From Candidatus Hydrothermarchaeum profundi (GTDB lineage: Archaea > Hydrothermarchaeota > Hydrothermarchaeia > Hydrothermarchaeales > Hydrothermarchaeaceae), in contig MTMF02000009.1 of the NCBI GenBank assembly GCA_002011125.2, positions 299,906 to 363,905 on the forward strand: a DNA stretch of 64,000 bases. Direction: 5' to 3'. This document shows, in pieces, positions 29,864 to 41,344 of this stretch. Position 1 is the stretch's first letter, and each line of letters begins with the position of its first letter. The position numbers were made by a program, and so were the translations under genes. Below the pieces are notes generated by a model. That model ran no database searches. It worked only from the letters and a program-made list of their open reading frames with translations, and was not told the DNA's origin.

Positions 29864-31444
29864 ATGAACGGAAAAGTTGTCATTCTGGGTCTTGATGGAG
29901 CAACATTTGATGTCATAAAACCTTTGATAAAAGAAGGACATTTGCCCAACTTAAAATATTTACTTGACAACGGTGCCTATGGAGAACTCGAAAGTACCTT
30001 TCCACCGGTTACCGCGGCGGCTTGGATGTCCATTGCTACCGGAAAAAATCCTGGAAAAACTGGGGTATTCACTTTTAGGAATCGGAGAGACGATGATCTT
30101 AAACTTTATCCTTTGAGTTCAAATGACTATGTGGCTAATGGTGCACTTTGGGACTATTTATCTAAAAGCGGGTTCAAAGTTGGGATCTTAAATTATCCCG
30201 GTTTATACCCTCCGTACCCTATTAATGGATTTATGGTTGGTGGCGTTGGAACACCGGAAAAAAATATTTGTTATCCAAAAAGTTTTGAAAAGGAACTAGA
30301 TAGAGTAACAGGTGGATATGAAATTAGTATTCCCATAAATTCTCCAAAATATAAAAATAAAGAAGATAAATTTATTAAAAATATTGAGAAACTTATTGCT
30401 AAACGGAAAAAAGCTATTAATTATATTCTAAAGAATAAAAAAATAGATATTTTAATCCTTGTCTTACCAGAATCTGATTTCATCCAACATTATTTATATA
30501 AATACTGGGATGATAATTATCCAGGTATTGATGAAAATAAAAAGAAAAAATATAAACGTGAATTCATAAGATTATGGGATAAAATAGATGAAATTGTTGG
30601 CGATGTGGTCGAACATATCTATACAGATGATTATTTGTTTGTGATTTCAGACCATGGATTTGGTAGACTTACTAAAGGTTTTAGGATAAACCAATGGCTA
30701 ATAAATGAAGGGTATCTTAAATTAAAGAGAAATTACGGAACTAAACGGGAATCTATTTTTTACAATATTTTCAACAAACTTGAAGATAGAAAAATTAGAG
30801 GATATCTGAGGTATTTTAAGAATAAATTTAAAAAGATTCCGTTTGTCGATTCATTTGAAAATTTTATTGACTATGAAAACAGTTTAGCTATAGCTTTCCA
30901 ATATTCAGGGGTAGGCGGAATTGAAATCTTAAATCATGACCAAAAATTAAGAGAAGAAATATCAATCAAACTTATTAATTTTGTAAATAATCACCCTTTA
31001 TTGAGTAATATTGAGTTATATCGGCCGAATGACATTTATATTGGGGATAAATTGGACAATTTTCCAGATATAATATTTTTGATCGATGAATGTGAAGTAG
31101 AAATATTAGCGAATTCTTTTGGGAGTAATATTGTTATTAACGGAACAACCGGTAATCGAAGTGGAGATCACAGAAGATATGGGATATTTATAGGATTTAG
31201 CAGCAATATCAGACATATTAATATTAAAAATGCAAAAATATTTGACATTACGCCAACAATATTTTATATATTAGGTTTAAGGCCATCAAATGACATTGAT
31301 GGTAGAATATTAAAAGAAATTTTCATATCTACTCAGTTTAATAGTAAAAATCTACCACAGGTAGTATCAGATAAAAGCAAAATGGCTTTTCGGAGAGATG
31401 ATGAAGAAATAAAGAAAAAATTAAAAGATTTAGGGTATTTATGA
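29864..31444 (+). CDS. Alkaline-phosphatase-superfamily phosphodiesterase/nucleotide pyrophosphatase
   Basis: LGLDGAT, PPVTAAAW..TGKNPGKTG, SDHGF, GDH, LKDLGYL. Confidence 0.88.
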   Translation: MNGKVVILGLDGATFDVIKPLIKEGHLPNLKYLLDNGAYGELESTFPPVTAAAWMSIATGKNPGKTGVFTFRNRRDDDLKLYPLSSNDYVANGALWDYLSKSGFKVGILNYPGLYPPYPINGFMVGGVGTPEKNICYPKSFEKELDRVTGGYEISIPINSPKYKNKEDKFIKNIEKLIAKRKKAINYILKNKKIDILILVLPESDFIQHYLYKYWDDNYPGIDENKKKKYKREFIRLWDKIDEIVGDVVEHIYTDDYLFVISDHGFGRLTKGFRINQWLINEGYLKLKRNYGTKRESIFYNIFNKLEDRKIRGYLRYFKNKFKKIPFVDSFENFIDYENSLAIAFQYSGVGGIEILNHDQKLREEISIKLINFVNNHPLLSNIELYRPNDIYIGDKLDNFPDIIFLIDECEVEILANSFGSNIVINGTTGNRSGDHRRYGIFIGFSSNIRHINIKNAKIFDITPTIFYILGLRPSNDIDGRILKEIFISTQFNSKNLPQVVSDKSKMAFRRDDEEIKKKLKDLGYL

Positions 31445-32127
31445 ACATAGAGAAAATAAACATTAAAAGCTTTTCTTCTAAAGAAGCATTAGAAATATAC
31501 AATAGTTATAATTTGAAACAAATAGAAAAAGAAATTGTAAATAAATATTTTAATCGGAAGAACGCTAAAATATTGGATCTTGGATGTGGCACAGGCAGAA
31601 CAACTGTGCCTCTTATGGAAATGGGTTATAATGTTGTTGGTGTTGATATTTCAAAGGAAATGATTAAGCAAGCCAAAAAAAAATTTCCACAAATAGATTT
31701 CAAAGTAGGAGATGCCTGTAATCTATGTTTTGATGAGAATACTTTTGATTATGTAATTTTTTCATATAATGGGTTGGATTATATTCATCCTAAATCGAAA
31801 AGAATTAAAGCATTGAAAGAGGTCTATAGAGTATTGAAAGACGGAGGATATTTCTATTATAGTTCTCACAATAGTTTGTGGATACCTAATTATTTGGGTG
31901 GATTTAGAATTATACTCAAAAATATTATTGGCTTGAATTTTTTTAAAAATTACTGGAAAGTTGAAGGGAGGATAGGAGTATTATTTACTTTCCATGAAAA
32001 TCCATTTAGCCAAAAAAAAACATTAGAAAAAATTGGGTTCAGAACTGTAAGAATGTTTGGTGGAGAAAAATATACCAATAAATTATGGTTTATTGAGCCA
32101 TGGATCCATTATTTAGCTCAAAAATAA
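31441..32127 (+). CDS. Class I SAM-dependent methyltransferase
   Basis: ILDLGCGTG, GVDIS, GDA, RVLKDGG. Confidence 0.9.
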   Translation: MNIEKINIKSFSSKEALEIYNSYNLKQIEKEIVNKYFNRKNAKILDLGCGTGRTTVPLMEMGYNVVGVDISKEMIKQAKKKFPQIDFKVGDACNLCFDENTFDYVIFSYNGLDYIHPKSKRIKALKEVYRVLKDGGYFYYSSHNSLWIPNYLGGFRIILKNIIGLNFFKNYWKVEGRIGVLFTFHENPFSQKKTLEKIGFRTVRMFGGEKYTNKLWFIEPWIHYLAQK

Positions 32128-32129
32128 GG

Positions 32130-32460
32130 TTTGGTACTCATCTTTCTTAAAATCAGGTTCTTAGTAGTACTTTCTTCTTTTAGGTTTGAAAAAGTTTTTT
32201 CCTGAAGTCTCATGATCCTTATTACGCTCACCACAATATCCATATCTTTCAATGCCCCCCTGTGTCTATGGCGTCTAAAAATCTTTCTTTGCACAAACGC
32301 ACTGCTTGAGGGCATGCTCTTACGCTGTATTTTAGGGCACTTAGCAAGACATTTTATCTTATAGTGCCAGTAGTTGCTAGTAGTTCATCTTTGTCAAGGC
32401 TTTCAGCTTCTCTATAAAAGAGTAAGAAGTCATCTTCATTTTTCTTTCTCTGCACCAAGA
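32130..32460 (-). mobile_element. Degenerate IS66-like transposase C-terminal remnant
   Basis: Stitched frames NTA*EHALKQCV/VQRKIFRRHRHRGA..MDIVVSVIRIMRLQEKNFF resemble the IS66 tail NN.AERALR..VV.RKI.G..R...GA....SV..T.RLQG.N. Confidence 0.45.
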
Positions 32461-32796
32461 TGCCTAGAGTAAGTTGTTGTGTTTATTTTAACATTATATA
32501 AAATAAATTATATTACTCTGAGACTTTTGTAAAGCTCCTTAATCCTAAGAGGCTACTTCCTTCTGCCTACCACATCCTAGTTCAACAAGCACCTTCTGCT
32601 TCATACCAGATGGGATGTTAAAAGATGAGTAAGTCCTACCCCGTAATCTCTTATAGTTTCACGGAGCATTTCTTTAAATACCTTCTTATCCCATTCTCCA
32701 AGGTGATAGTGGTTTGCAGGTGAAGTGGTGCAATATTTACCTTATTCCCCCACCAAGAGAAAAAACTTAAAAAAGTGAGTAGACACGGTTTTTAAA

Positions 32797-33813
32797 ATGA
32801 GCGAATTAGATGTTAAAAAAATAACAAATCTAGATGAAATAAATAAGGATGAATGGAATTCTTTCGTTGATAAAAATTCTGATAATTTTTTCATACGGTA
32901 TGAATGGCTACAACATCTCAAAGAAACTTTGAAATTAGATCCAATAATTTTTATTATAGAAAAAGATTCTAATTTACAAGGTGTATTTCCAAATTTTATC
33001 AAAAAGATAGGAAAAACTCCATTCAATAAATTAATCTCACTACCTATAATGAGGGGAGGATTTTGCTTATCAAAGGAGTACATGATAAAATCTTTATTGT
33101 ATGAAGTTAGCAAAAACATATATAAGGAGCGAATTCTTTTTCACAGAATAGATGTATGTGATTTAACTCAATTAAAATACCAAAAAATACTTTATAAATA
33201 TAATTACAAGCTTGATTTAAGCGTCTGTAGATTTATAATTCACTGTAAAAATAAGACATATCAAGATATAAGTCAAAATTTTTCAAAAAATAAAATTAGA
33301 AATTTAAAAAAAGCTAGAAAACAATCTACGGCTGTTAAGGAGTATCCAATAAAAACAAAATATTTAGAAAAATTTTATGGATTATACTCTATGACTATGC
33401 AGGAAAAAAATAAAAGGCCGATTAGATCTGAGTTTTTTATAAAATTAGACCGATTTACAAAAAAATTTGTAAAATTATTTGTAGTAGAATTAGATACTGG
33501 CGAACCAATTGCTGGGCTTTTGCATTTTATATGGAATAAAAAAATTATCTACAGTTTTGGGGGGTTTAATAGGAATTATAAAAGATTAATGCCAAATGAT
33601 TTGCTACACGAATATACAATAAAATATTGTTTAGAGAATAAACTTGAACATTATGATATGGGTGGAACAACGGCTGATTTTAGTGACACTCTGTTTAAAT
33701 ATAAGTCGCAGTGGGGAGGTCAAATTTATCCAATATTGAGATTTGAAAAAATTAATCCTGCGTTTTTAAACTTTTTTATAAGTATATATAAAAAAATTAA
33801 GGGATTAAGATGA
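32797..33813 (+). CDS. FemAB-like GNAT-family acyl/aminoacyl transferase
   Basis: WNSFV..FF.RYEW, IRNLKKARK, PNDLLH..IKY, YDMGG, FKYKSQWGG. Confidence 0.8.
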   Translation: MSELDVKKITNLDEINKDEWNSFVDKNSDNFFIRYEWLQHLKETLKLDPIIFIIEKDSNLQGVFPNFIKKIGKTPFNKLISLPIMRGGFCLSKEYMIKSLLYEVSKNIYKERILFHRIDVCDLTQLKYQKILYKYNYKLDLSVCRFIIHCKNKTYQDISQNFSKNKIRNLKKARKQSTAVKEYPIKTKYLEKFYGLYSMTMQEKNKRPIRSEFFIKLDRFTKKFVKLFVVELDTGEPIAGLLHFIWNKKIIYSFGGFNRNYKRLMPNDLLHEYTIKYCLENKLEHYDMGGTTADFSDTLFKYKSQWGGQIYPILRFEKINPAFLNFFISIYKKIKGLR

Positions 33814-34751
33814 TTTTTTTAACCGGGGATGTTCATAATATGTCGCTAAAAGCGTTAGACCAAGAATTTTTAAATATAACTGAGTTAGAGGCGGCTTTAA
33901 AATTTGCACGCATAGCATCAAAATATAGTATTAATTTTACTTTGTTTATATCTGGTAGAGCTTTCTTAGAGGAAAGAGATACAGCAGAAAAACTTTCTTC
34001 ATATAAAAATTTAGAAATAGGAGGACATACTTGGGATTCTTTTAGATATAGTTATTTGCATGATATATCCAATCTTCTTTTTTCCACATATTATGGTCCG
34101 AAGATATATCAGAAGTGGGACATAAAAAAAACGATTAAAATTATTGAAGATACAACAGGCGACAAAGTTCTCTCCTGGAGAACACATTCTTACAGGTCTG
34201 ATAATTTAACTAAGGAAATATTATCTGACATTGGAATAAGGGTGATATCCGAAGAACACACTGTGAATGGAAAGATAAGATATAATCATGGACTAATTTA
34301 TCTTCCAATCAATACTCCGGAGGACCATACCACAATTATTCATGGATATAGAGAAAAAGAATTTGTACAGAGATTAAATTATGCAAGACATAATAATCCC
34401 TTATCTTTTTGTAAAAGATTTGGAAATTTCACCAAATTAGAATTTCAAGCTAGTTTAAAATATGTAATAAAGAAAATTAAGAAAAAGGATACTAAAAAAT
34501 ACTTCTATTATAATAATTTATATAATATAAATGAATGGGGAGAATGGATAAAACAAATAATTAAAGATAGAATAAAAGAAGTAGGCTTTGCTACTTTGGT
34601 TATTCATCCTGTTTGTATGGAAATTGCTGATGGTATGAGAACATATGAAGATTTATGTAGATTTATATCTCAATATGATACATATAAAGCAAAGGATTTA
34701 TTGATATTATTAAAAAACGAATCTTTGAAAAACGGGATATTTTTTAAATGA
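33810..34751 (+). CDS. Polysaccharide deacetylase family protein
   Basis: LTGDVH, EIGGHT, WRTHSY, LVIHP. Confidence 0.75.
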   Translation: MIFLTGDVHNMSLKALDQEFLNITELEAALKFARIASKYSINFTLFISGRAFLEERDTAEKLSSYKNLEIGGHTWDSFRYSYLHDISNLLFSTYYGPKIYQKWDIKKTIKIIEDTTGDKVLSWRTHSYRSDNLTKEILSDIGIRVISEEHTVNGKIRYNHGLIYLPINTPEDHTTIIHGYREKEFVQRLNYARHNNPLSFCKRFGNFTKLEFQASLKYVIKKIKKKDTKKYFYYNNLYNINEWGEWIKQIIKDRIKEVGFATLVIHPVCMEIADGMRTYEDLCRFISQYDTYKAKDLLILLKNESLKNGIFFK

Positions 34752-35082
34752 GTAAAATTAAAGAAGAACCCATCAAGAAAGAGTAAGAGAGTTATGATAA
34801 ACTAAATTAAAATAATATAAAAAGAATTATAAGTTAGGCATTAAGTTGCTCCATCTCTTTTAAACTCTCAGTGTGGCGCAAGCCCACTCCTGCTACTTCT
34901 GGCTATGAGTAAACCAGTTTTCTTTGATAGTAGCTTAAACAGGAAAACATGGCCACAAGCACTGCATAATGAGTACTCCCCAACGCATGAATTTTTTATA
35001 TACTGTTTCATCAACTATTAGAAAAAAGAGATTTAAAGTAGTAGCAAGGAAAGTATCGTTATTAGATTATGAGGGTTACTAA

Positions 35083-36194
35083 ATGAAACCAAAAATTGGG
35101 ATACTAGTAAATCCTTCTATTTCACATGGCGAAGAACATGTTTTAGATAGCATTGGGATCATGCTTCGTAATAATTTTAAATTAGAGATAGTTGGAGGGT
35201 ATGATTTGCCTAATCGGATAGAAAAAAAGTTTAAAAATTACAACTATATAATTAAATTTTCCACTTCAAGGTTCTCAATTATAAACTTATTTTTATATCC
35301 TCAGAAATTCCTTAATCTATTAATTTATGTTATCAAAGAAAAGCCTAATATCCTTTTTCATATAGGGAGTACAGGGCCTAATGGTATTCTTATTGGCATT
35401 ACTGGCAGAATATTTGGAATTCCTACAGTAATTAGAAGTACAGGAAATACTTTTGAAATATATAAACATATAAAAAAAAAGAGTTTAAAATTAAAAACTT
35501 ATATTAAAAACAATATTTTAGGATATATCGCAATCAAATTATCTTACAAAACCATTGTTCTTGGTCACGGTATAAAAAATGAAATAAAAAAAAAAATATT
35601 CCTGAAAATAAATTATTTGTCCTTCCACAACCTGTAAATCAAGAAATTTTTAAACCGCCAAGAAATAAATTTAGAAGCAAAGAAAAACTTGGTTTTCCTA
35701 CTGATAAAAGAATTATACTTTATATAGGGAGGATGGAGTGGGAAAAAGGTATAGACTTTTTAAGCGAAGTAATTAAACAAGTTCTCAAAGAGAATACAGA
35801 TATTTATTTTGTCCTAATAGGTTCGGGGCCGTGCAAAATTAAAATTAAAAAACAGTTTAAAAACGAAAAGAATGTACGATTTGAAGGCTATGTGCCACAT
35901 GAAAAAATAAATGAATATTTTAAAGCTGCAGATTTATTAATATTGACCTCACCAATAGAGGGTCTCCCAAATGTTGTTTTAGAGAGTATGGCTGTGGGGA
36001 TACCAGTTATAACAAGACCATCAAGTCCAGATATAAAAATGTTAATATCGAATATTTGTGATACGCCATGGGACTTTGCTTACATGATTAAAAATAAGAC
36101 TTATGTAACCGATAAACTTCCCCCAGAGTACACATGGGAAAATTTAAAGCAAAGATATATATCATTTTTCAAGGATTTACAAGGAGGTAGATGA
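35083..36194 (+). pseudogene. GT4 glycosyltransferase split by a frameshift at an A11 tract (35586-35596)
   Basis: The -1 frame after the A-run reads NIPENKLFVLPQPVNQEIFKP...LYIGR straight into ORF 35733-36194 (EGLPNVVLESM). Confidence 0.85.
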
Positions 36195-36983
36195 GTGTTT
36201 ATTTGTCCCGTATGTAAGAATATTCTAAAGAAGGAAGTAGTTTCATATATTTGTGAAGTTTGTGAAACTAGATATCCAATTAAAGGAAATGTACCGATTC
36301 TCTTAAAAGATGAAATCCAAAAGGCATTGATCGAGAGGGACAGAGAATTACTTAACGCTTTTGAAATTTATAATAGACCTCCAAGACTTGCATATTTGCA
36401 ATGCAACAAATTAATTTCCAAAAAAAATAAAAAAATTTTAGATCTGGGCGCAGGATATGGTGGGTTGTCAAAATTATTGTTTGAACAAAATAAAGAGGTA
36501 TATGCAATGGATATATCCCCCAATATTGCTATTGAAGTTTCTAAATTTGCTCCATTCCCGTATATTGTTGGAGAAGCTGAGAATATACCTTTTGAAGATA
36601 ATTTTTTTGATACTGTTGTATCCATCCAATCTTTTCCACATTTTATAAACCCTGAAAGAGTTGTTAAAGAAATGAGACGTGTTTTAGTAGAAAAAGGGGA
36701 AGTAATAATTACTATTGAGAATATTATATGGTTCTATTATAGAATTTTGATGGTGTTAGGAAAATGGGGGCAGATAGCAGAGAAAAATGGACGGCATTTT
36801 ATTAGTTCGATGTATTCCTATAGTGATTTATTAAAACTTTTCAAAAAGCAGGGATTTGAACCAATTGCTGACGCATCTACTGTTATTTACATTAATAAGA
36901 ATAAAAAAAAGATTATAACAATACCTCTATTCAAAAATTTATTGTCAATTAATTATGCTATTAAATTTAAACTGAAGAAGTGA
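36195..36983 (+). CDS. SAM-dependent methyltransferase with N-terminal Trm112-like zinc ribbon
   Basis: CPVC...CEVC..YPI...VPIL, then LDLGAGYG; GGAGG RBS. Confidence 0.85.
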   Translation: MFICPVCKNILKKEVVSYICEVCETRYPIKGNVPILLKDEIQKALIERDRELLNAFEIYNRPPRLAYLQCNKLISKKNKKILDLGAGYGGLSKLLFEQNKEVYAMDISPNIAIEVSKFAPFPYIVGEAENIPFEDNFFDTVVSIQSFPHFINPERVVKEMRRVLVEKGEVIITIENIIWFYYRILMVLGKWGQIAEKNGRHFISSMYSYSDLLKLFKKQGFEPIADASTVIYINKNKKKIITIPLFKNLLSINYAIKFKLKK

Positions 36984-36987
36984 TGTT

Positions 36988-37788
36988 ATGAAATTTGTAG
37001 TCAGAGATGATGATACAAATTTTTTTACAAAGCCTGAAGAGTTAAAGAGATTATATTCTGATTTGTGGGATATAGCACCTATATCTATTGCGGTTGTTCC
37101 TTTTCATTCATGTACTAAAACTCAGGCCATTCCAAAAAAATATTGGAAAGGAGACTTAGAATTTCCATTACTCCGCAATAAATCTCTAATTGATTATCTA
37201 AAAAAACAAGTAAAAAATGAAAGAGCTGAAATACTATTACATGGTTACAATCACATTAAATATCAAAATGGCTTTGAATTTGAAGTCGATAATAATTTAT
37301 ACGAAAAAGTTAAAAAAGGAAAAAACTATCTCTCAGAGATTTTCTCACAGGAAATAACCACCTTTGTGCCACCTAATAATACTCTCTCAATTGAAGGAAC
37401 CAAAGCAATTGAAAAAAACAGTTTAAATGTTTTAATTTCCTTTTCCCACCAAATATGGGAACGGCCTATAGACATTTATAATATAACAAACTTTTTACGA
37501 ATGTTCCATTTTTGGCTCCGTTACGGTAAATCCAAGAGATATCCTCATGTTTTAAAATTTAAAGGCCATAAAGAATTCGGATGCTATCATCTTATTCCTT
37601 CTATACCATTTAAAGAATTAATTGAAGGTCTAGAATTTGCATACAAAATGGGTGGAGATTTCTGTGTGGCAATTCACTATTGGGAGACCTTAAAATATAA
37701 TCTAAAACCCTATTTAATTGAATTGATTAAACATGCTAAAAAATTGGGTAATGTAGAGTTTGTTACTGCAAAAGAATTATGGAGATGA
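36988..37788 (+). CDS. DUF2334/polysaccharide deacetylase-like protein
   Basis: VRDDD, AVVP, LHGYNH, FVPPNN, AIHYWE. Confidence 0.78.
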   Translation: MKFVVRDDDTNFFTKPEELKRLYSDLWDIAPISIAVVPFHSCTKTQAIPKKYWKGDLEFPLLRNKSLIDYLKKQVKNERAEILLHGYNHIKYQNGFEFEVDNNLYEKVKKGKNYLSEIFSQEITTFVPPNNTLSIEGTKAIEKNSLNVLISFSHQIWERPIDIYNITNFLRMFHFWLRYGKSKRYPHVLKFKGHKEFGCYHLIPSIPFKELIEGLEFAYKMGGDFCVAIHYWETLKYNLKPYLIELIKHAKKLGNVEFVTAKELWR

Positions 37789-37797
37789 TAGTGCAAT

Positions 37798-38909
37798 ATG
37801 AAAATACTTTTTATCTCAAGGGAGATGTGTATGAATCGGGGTGGAGGCGAGGTCAATGATCTTAATCTAGCTAAACAATTCAAGGAAAAAAAAGACGAAA
37901 TTATTTTTGTTTGCCGTAAACCTTTGAGTAGTAGGGTGGAGATTCCCTTACTGGAGTTTCCAACAATTCTAGTTTCCTCCCCTTATTTATATGGCATATC
38001 GCAAAGGTTTCCTTCAATGCTTGGTAAAATCATGCGATTCTTAGATTCTTTCTTATTTGGATGTTTATTAGTTAGACACATTAAAAAGCTTGATTTTGAT
38101 ATTATCCATGTAACAGATATGCCGCCAGTTGTTATATTCAAAAAATTTATTAAAAAACCTGCTGTATATTCAATAAGGGGGGTTATATCGCCTTATTATA
38201 AAAAATTGCTCAAAAATTTTGATGGATTCATTGCTTGGGGAAGTTCATACGATATTATTAAAAAAGAATTAGATAGCTCTAAAATAATTCATTTAAATCC
38301 TGGAGTTGATACTAACCTTTTTACACGATGTGACACCACTAACCTAAAGAAAAAATATAACTTATGTGGAAAAGTGGTTTTATTATTTGTGGGCCGATTT
38401 GTATATTTGAAGAATCTACCTTTTCTTTTAAAAGCTTTCCGAAGATTATCTAATTATAGTAATAAATATGTACTTATGCTTGTAGGTGATGGACCACTTA
38501 TCGGGAATATAAAAAAAAAGCAAAAGAGCTAAAAATAGAAGATCGTACAATTTTTGTTGGTCATATAGAACATAAAGATTTGAATAAATATTACTCTGTT
38601 GCAGACATTTTTGTAATTACCTCTCATTATGAAAATTTTCCAATAACTGTACTGGAAGCTATGAGCTGCGAACTTCCTATATTAGCGCCTAGGGTAGGAG
38701 GGATTCCACTTCTTGTTGAAAATGGAATTAATGGATTTTTGTATGAACCCGGTGATATAAACAGCTTCATAAATGGTATTGACAAAATAATGTCAGCTGA
38801 TAGAAAAAGGATTGGCGAAATTAATCGTGAAAAGATTTTCAAAAAATATAATTGGGAAAGAATTTCGGAGATAATAAGAAATTTTTATTATGAAATTTTG
38901 AAGTCATAA
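37798..38909 (+). pseudogene. GT4 glycosyltransferase split by a frameshift at an A9 tract (38511-38519)
   Basis: The -1 frame reads AKELKIEDRTIFVGHIEHKDL into ORF 38580-38909 (ENFPITVLEAM). Confidence 0.85.
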
Positions 38910-38927
38910 AAATAGAGGAGATTATAT

Positions 38928-39770
38928 ATGGGTTCAAAATTTGGTTGGGGAGTACTAGAAAATGGAGAAGAAATGTGGTATTCTGAACCTATTTTTAAAA
39001 AAATGAGTTTATTTGAAAGAATAAAATGGTTCTTAACAGTCAAAAAATATATGGTTGAAAAAATGTTAGATCCTAGCCCTTCAAGTGTTATTTTAGATTA
39101 TGGATGTGGAACTGGATCCTATGCTATTGATCTATCTAAAAAAAGAAATGTATTTATAATAGGAGTTGACATCTTTGAAAACCAATTAAAAATTGCAAGA
39201 GAACTTTCAAAGATGTATAATGGCAACTGCAAATTTTTTAGAATTGATAGATATAATATTCCATTTGAGGATAATTACTTTGATGGTTTTGTTTCTTTAG
39301 ATGTTTTAGGACATATTGTTGATCTAGAAAAAGCTTTAAATGAAATCAACAGAGTTCTTAAGCCAGGGGGAATTGGCGCAATCTTTTCTGAAAGTGCATT
39401 AACGAAATGGAATTTAATAAAATATTACCTTGCAAAAAATGGGGTAGTAATAGATAAACATTTTAAATTTCACGTGAACTTAAAAAGAAAGCACGAACTT
39501 AAAAAAATTTTAGAAAATTCTGGATTTAAAGTTGAACGTATATATTCCTTAAAGACCTTGCTTTTTTTTACTGATCCAAGCGGCTACTATGAGGCGTTAA
39601 AAAATAGGAATGACTTCAAATTAATAAAATATTTTAGTTATTTTTTATCGAATATCGAAAAAATACCCATATATAAGATGTTATCTTCAATTTACACATA
39701 TTTTGAATTATTTACATTGGGAAGAATTTCAGAAAGTCAAGGACTATTGATTAAAGTAAAAAAAATATAA
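38928..39770 (+). CDS. Class I SAM-dependent methyltransferase
   Basis: ILDYGCGTG, GVDI, PFEDNYFD, RVLKPGG. Confidence 0.9.
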   Translation: MGSKFGWGVLENGEEMWYSEPIFKKMSLFERIKWFLTVKKYMVEKMLDPSPSSVILDYGCGTGSYAIDLSKKRNVFIIGVDIFENQLKIARELSKMYNGNCKFFRIDRYNIPFEDNYFDGFVSLDVLGHIVDLEKALNEINRVLKPGGIGAIFSESALTKWNLIKYYLAKNGVVIDKHFKFHVNLKRKHELKKILENSGFKVERIYSLKTLLFFTDPSGYYEALKNRNDFKLIKYFSYFLSNIEKIPIYKMLSSIYTYFELFTLGRISESQGLLIKVKKI

Positions 39771-39804
39771 AAATACCATCATATTTTTTGAATAGGTATC
39801 CAAT

Positions 39805-41238
39805 ATGTTATACCATCAACCAATAAAGGAGCCAGTAACAGTCTTGGGGGCACCTTCTGGGTCAGTAATCGTCTTTTCATTGTCTGAATTACTATGGTTA
39901 TCTGTATTAGCATTTTTTATTCTTCTTTTCATTAAAAAACGTCAAAAAGTATTGTTAATTATTATTGCTTTGAGTATGCCTTTAACGACAGAATTTATTT
40001 TCCAAATCGGAATTTCAATAACTCTTGGATATTTTTTCGGATTACTACTATGTATATATTTTTGGTTAGATACGATGTCCAGAAGACGTAAGATATACTT
40101 TGATAGGAATATACTAATTACATTTTATGTGATTATATTTATCTCTATTATTTCATTAGTGTTCGCTCCGGAGATACCAAAAAACCTTACTTTCGACATT
40201 TTTGGAAGAAGAAATCCTACAATTAGAGGAATCACAGAATTACTTAGATGGGTTTTTACTTTTCTTGTAATAATAGCCGTTTATAATGCCGTCAATAAAG
40301 AAAAAGATCTCCAAGAAATATTACATTGGCATGTTTTTTCAGGCACTTTAGTGTCCTTTTCATCTTTGAGTATATTGTTTTTGACTTATCTAAATGTTTT
40401 ATCAAACGACATTTCAGCGATTGTTATAGAACCTGGGGGTAGAATATTACGCTTATCAGGGTTTAATCAAGAACCGAGTGTTTTCGCCTTTTATTTATTA
40501 ACCGTTATTGGGTTTACATATATTTTCATTTTAAACAAACAGAAAATTTTAGGGAAATTAAATCCAAAAATGGCATTGTTTGCCCAACTATTAGCGTTTT
40601 TATTCACTTATTCAACGGGAGGGTTAATAACTTTTATTTTAGCACTTATTGCAGTAGTCGCCTTTTCATCGAGATCTAATTTACTTCAATTACGGTTTTG
40701 CGTCCCCAAAAAAATAGGTATAATCAGTGCGGTTTTACTATCTGGTGTATTATTCATAACTGTAATCGGGATGGTAGTCCAATCCCCATCTTTCATATAC
40801 AGTGTGTACATGGAAAAGATAGCAAGTTCATTAACAACAGCCAGAGGTGGACGCTATTTAACTGATCTGACAGTAATATATAATCATCCTCTTACAGGTG
40901 TAGGCATTGGAAAATACCCTTACTTTTTCGACACTTATAAACCAGATTGGGGCGTTACCGGTGGTTTCTCAGGTCCCGGCTCTATGATTTTGGGTGTGTT
41001 TGCAACCACAGGAATCTTTGGGTTTATAGCTTTTCTATTCTTTTTCTATTTATTCCATAAAAGACTACTAGTAGCCTTTAAGAAGTCCTTATATAAAGAA
41101 AATAACATTTTTATTGCAAATTATTTCACATTTTGGGTTATTTTTTTCCATCTTTTAATTCAAAAGAATTTCTTGGACATGTTTACTATATTTATTTTAG
41201 GTGTTTTATTAGCTAGTACAAAGCTACACGATTCCTAA
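39805..41238 (+). CDS. O-antigen ligase/polymerase (WaaL/Wzy-like) membrane protein
   Basis: Multi-TM; RLSGFNQEPS, TYSTGG, HPLTGVGIG. Confidence 0.78.
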   Translation: MLYHQPIKEPVTVLGAPSGSVIVFSLSELLWLSVLAFFILLFIKKRQKVLLIIIALSMPLTTEFIFQIGISITLGYFFGLLLCIYFWLDTMSRRRKIYFDRNILITFYVIIFISIISLVFAPEIPKNLTFDIFGRRNPTIRGITELLRWVFTFLVIIAVYNAVNKEKDLQEILHWHVFSGTLVSFSSLSILFLTYLNVLSNDISAIVIEPGGRILRLSGFNQEPSVFAFYLLTVIGFTYIFILNKQKILGKLNPKMALFAQLLAFLFTYSTGGLITFILALIAVVAFSSRSNLLQLRFCVPKKIGIISAVLLSGVLFITVIGMVVQSPSFIYSVYMEKIASSLTTARGGRYLTDLTVIYNHPLTGVGIGKYPYFFDTYKPDWGVTGGFSGPGSMILGVFATTGIFGFIAFLFFFYLFHKRLLVAFKKSLYKENNIFIANYFTFWVIFFHLLIQKNFLDMFTIFILGVLLASTKLHDS

Positions 41239-41344
41239 TATTGGAAGTACATCGACCCATGACAATGAAGTTATTAAAATATAAACTTGATAATATGAAT
41301 TCAGAGTTAATTTCGAAATAAATTAGATGACAATCGGTGTATAA

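Noticed and set aside
32550-32760. Possible minus-strand gene relic (NHYHLGEWDKKVFKEML)
   Set aside because: Too short and degenerate to assign.
34860-35000. GC-richer patch with a minus-strand CSACGHVF motif
   Set aside because: Could be a zinc-ribbon relic, but there is no start or extended similarity; no tRNA or ncRNA fold was recognised.
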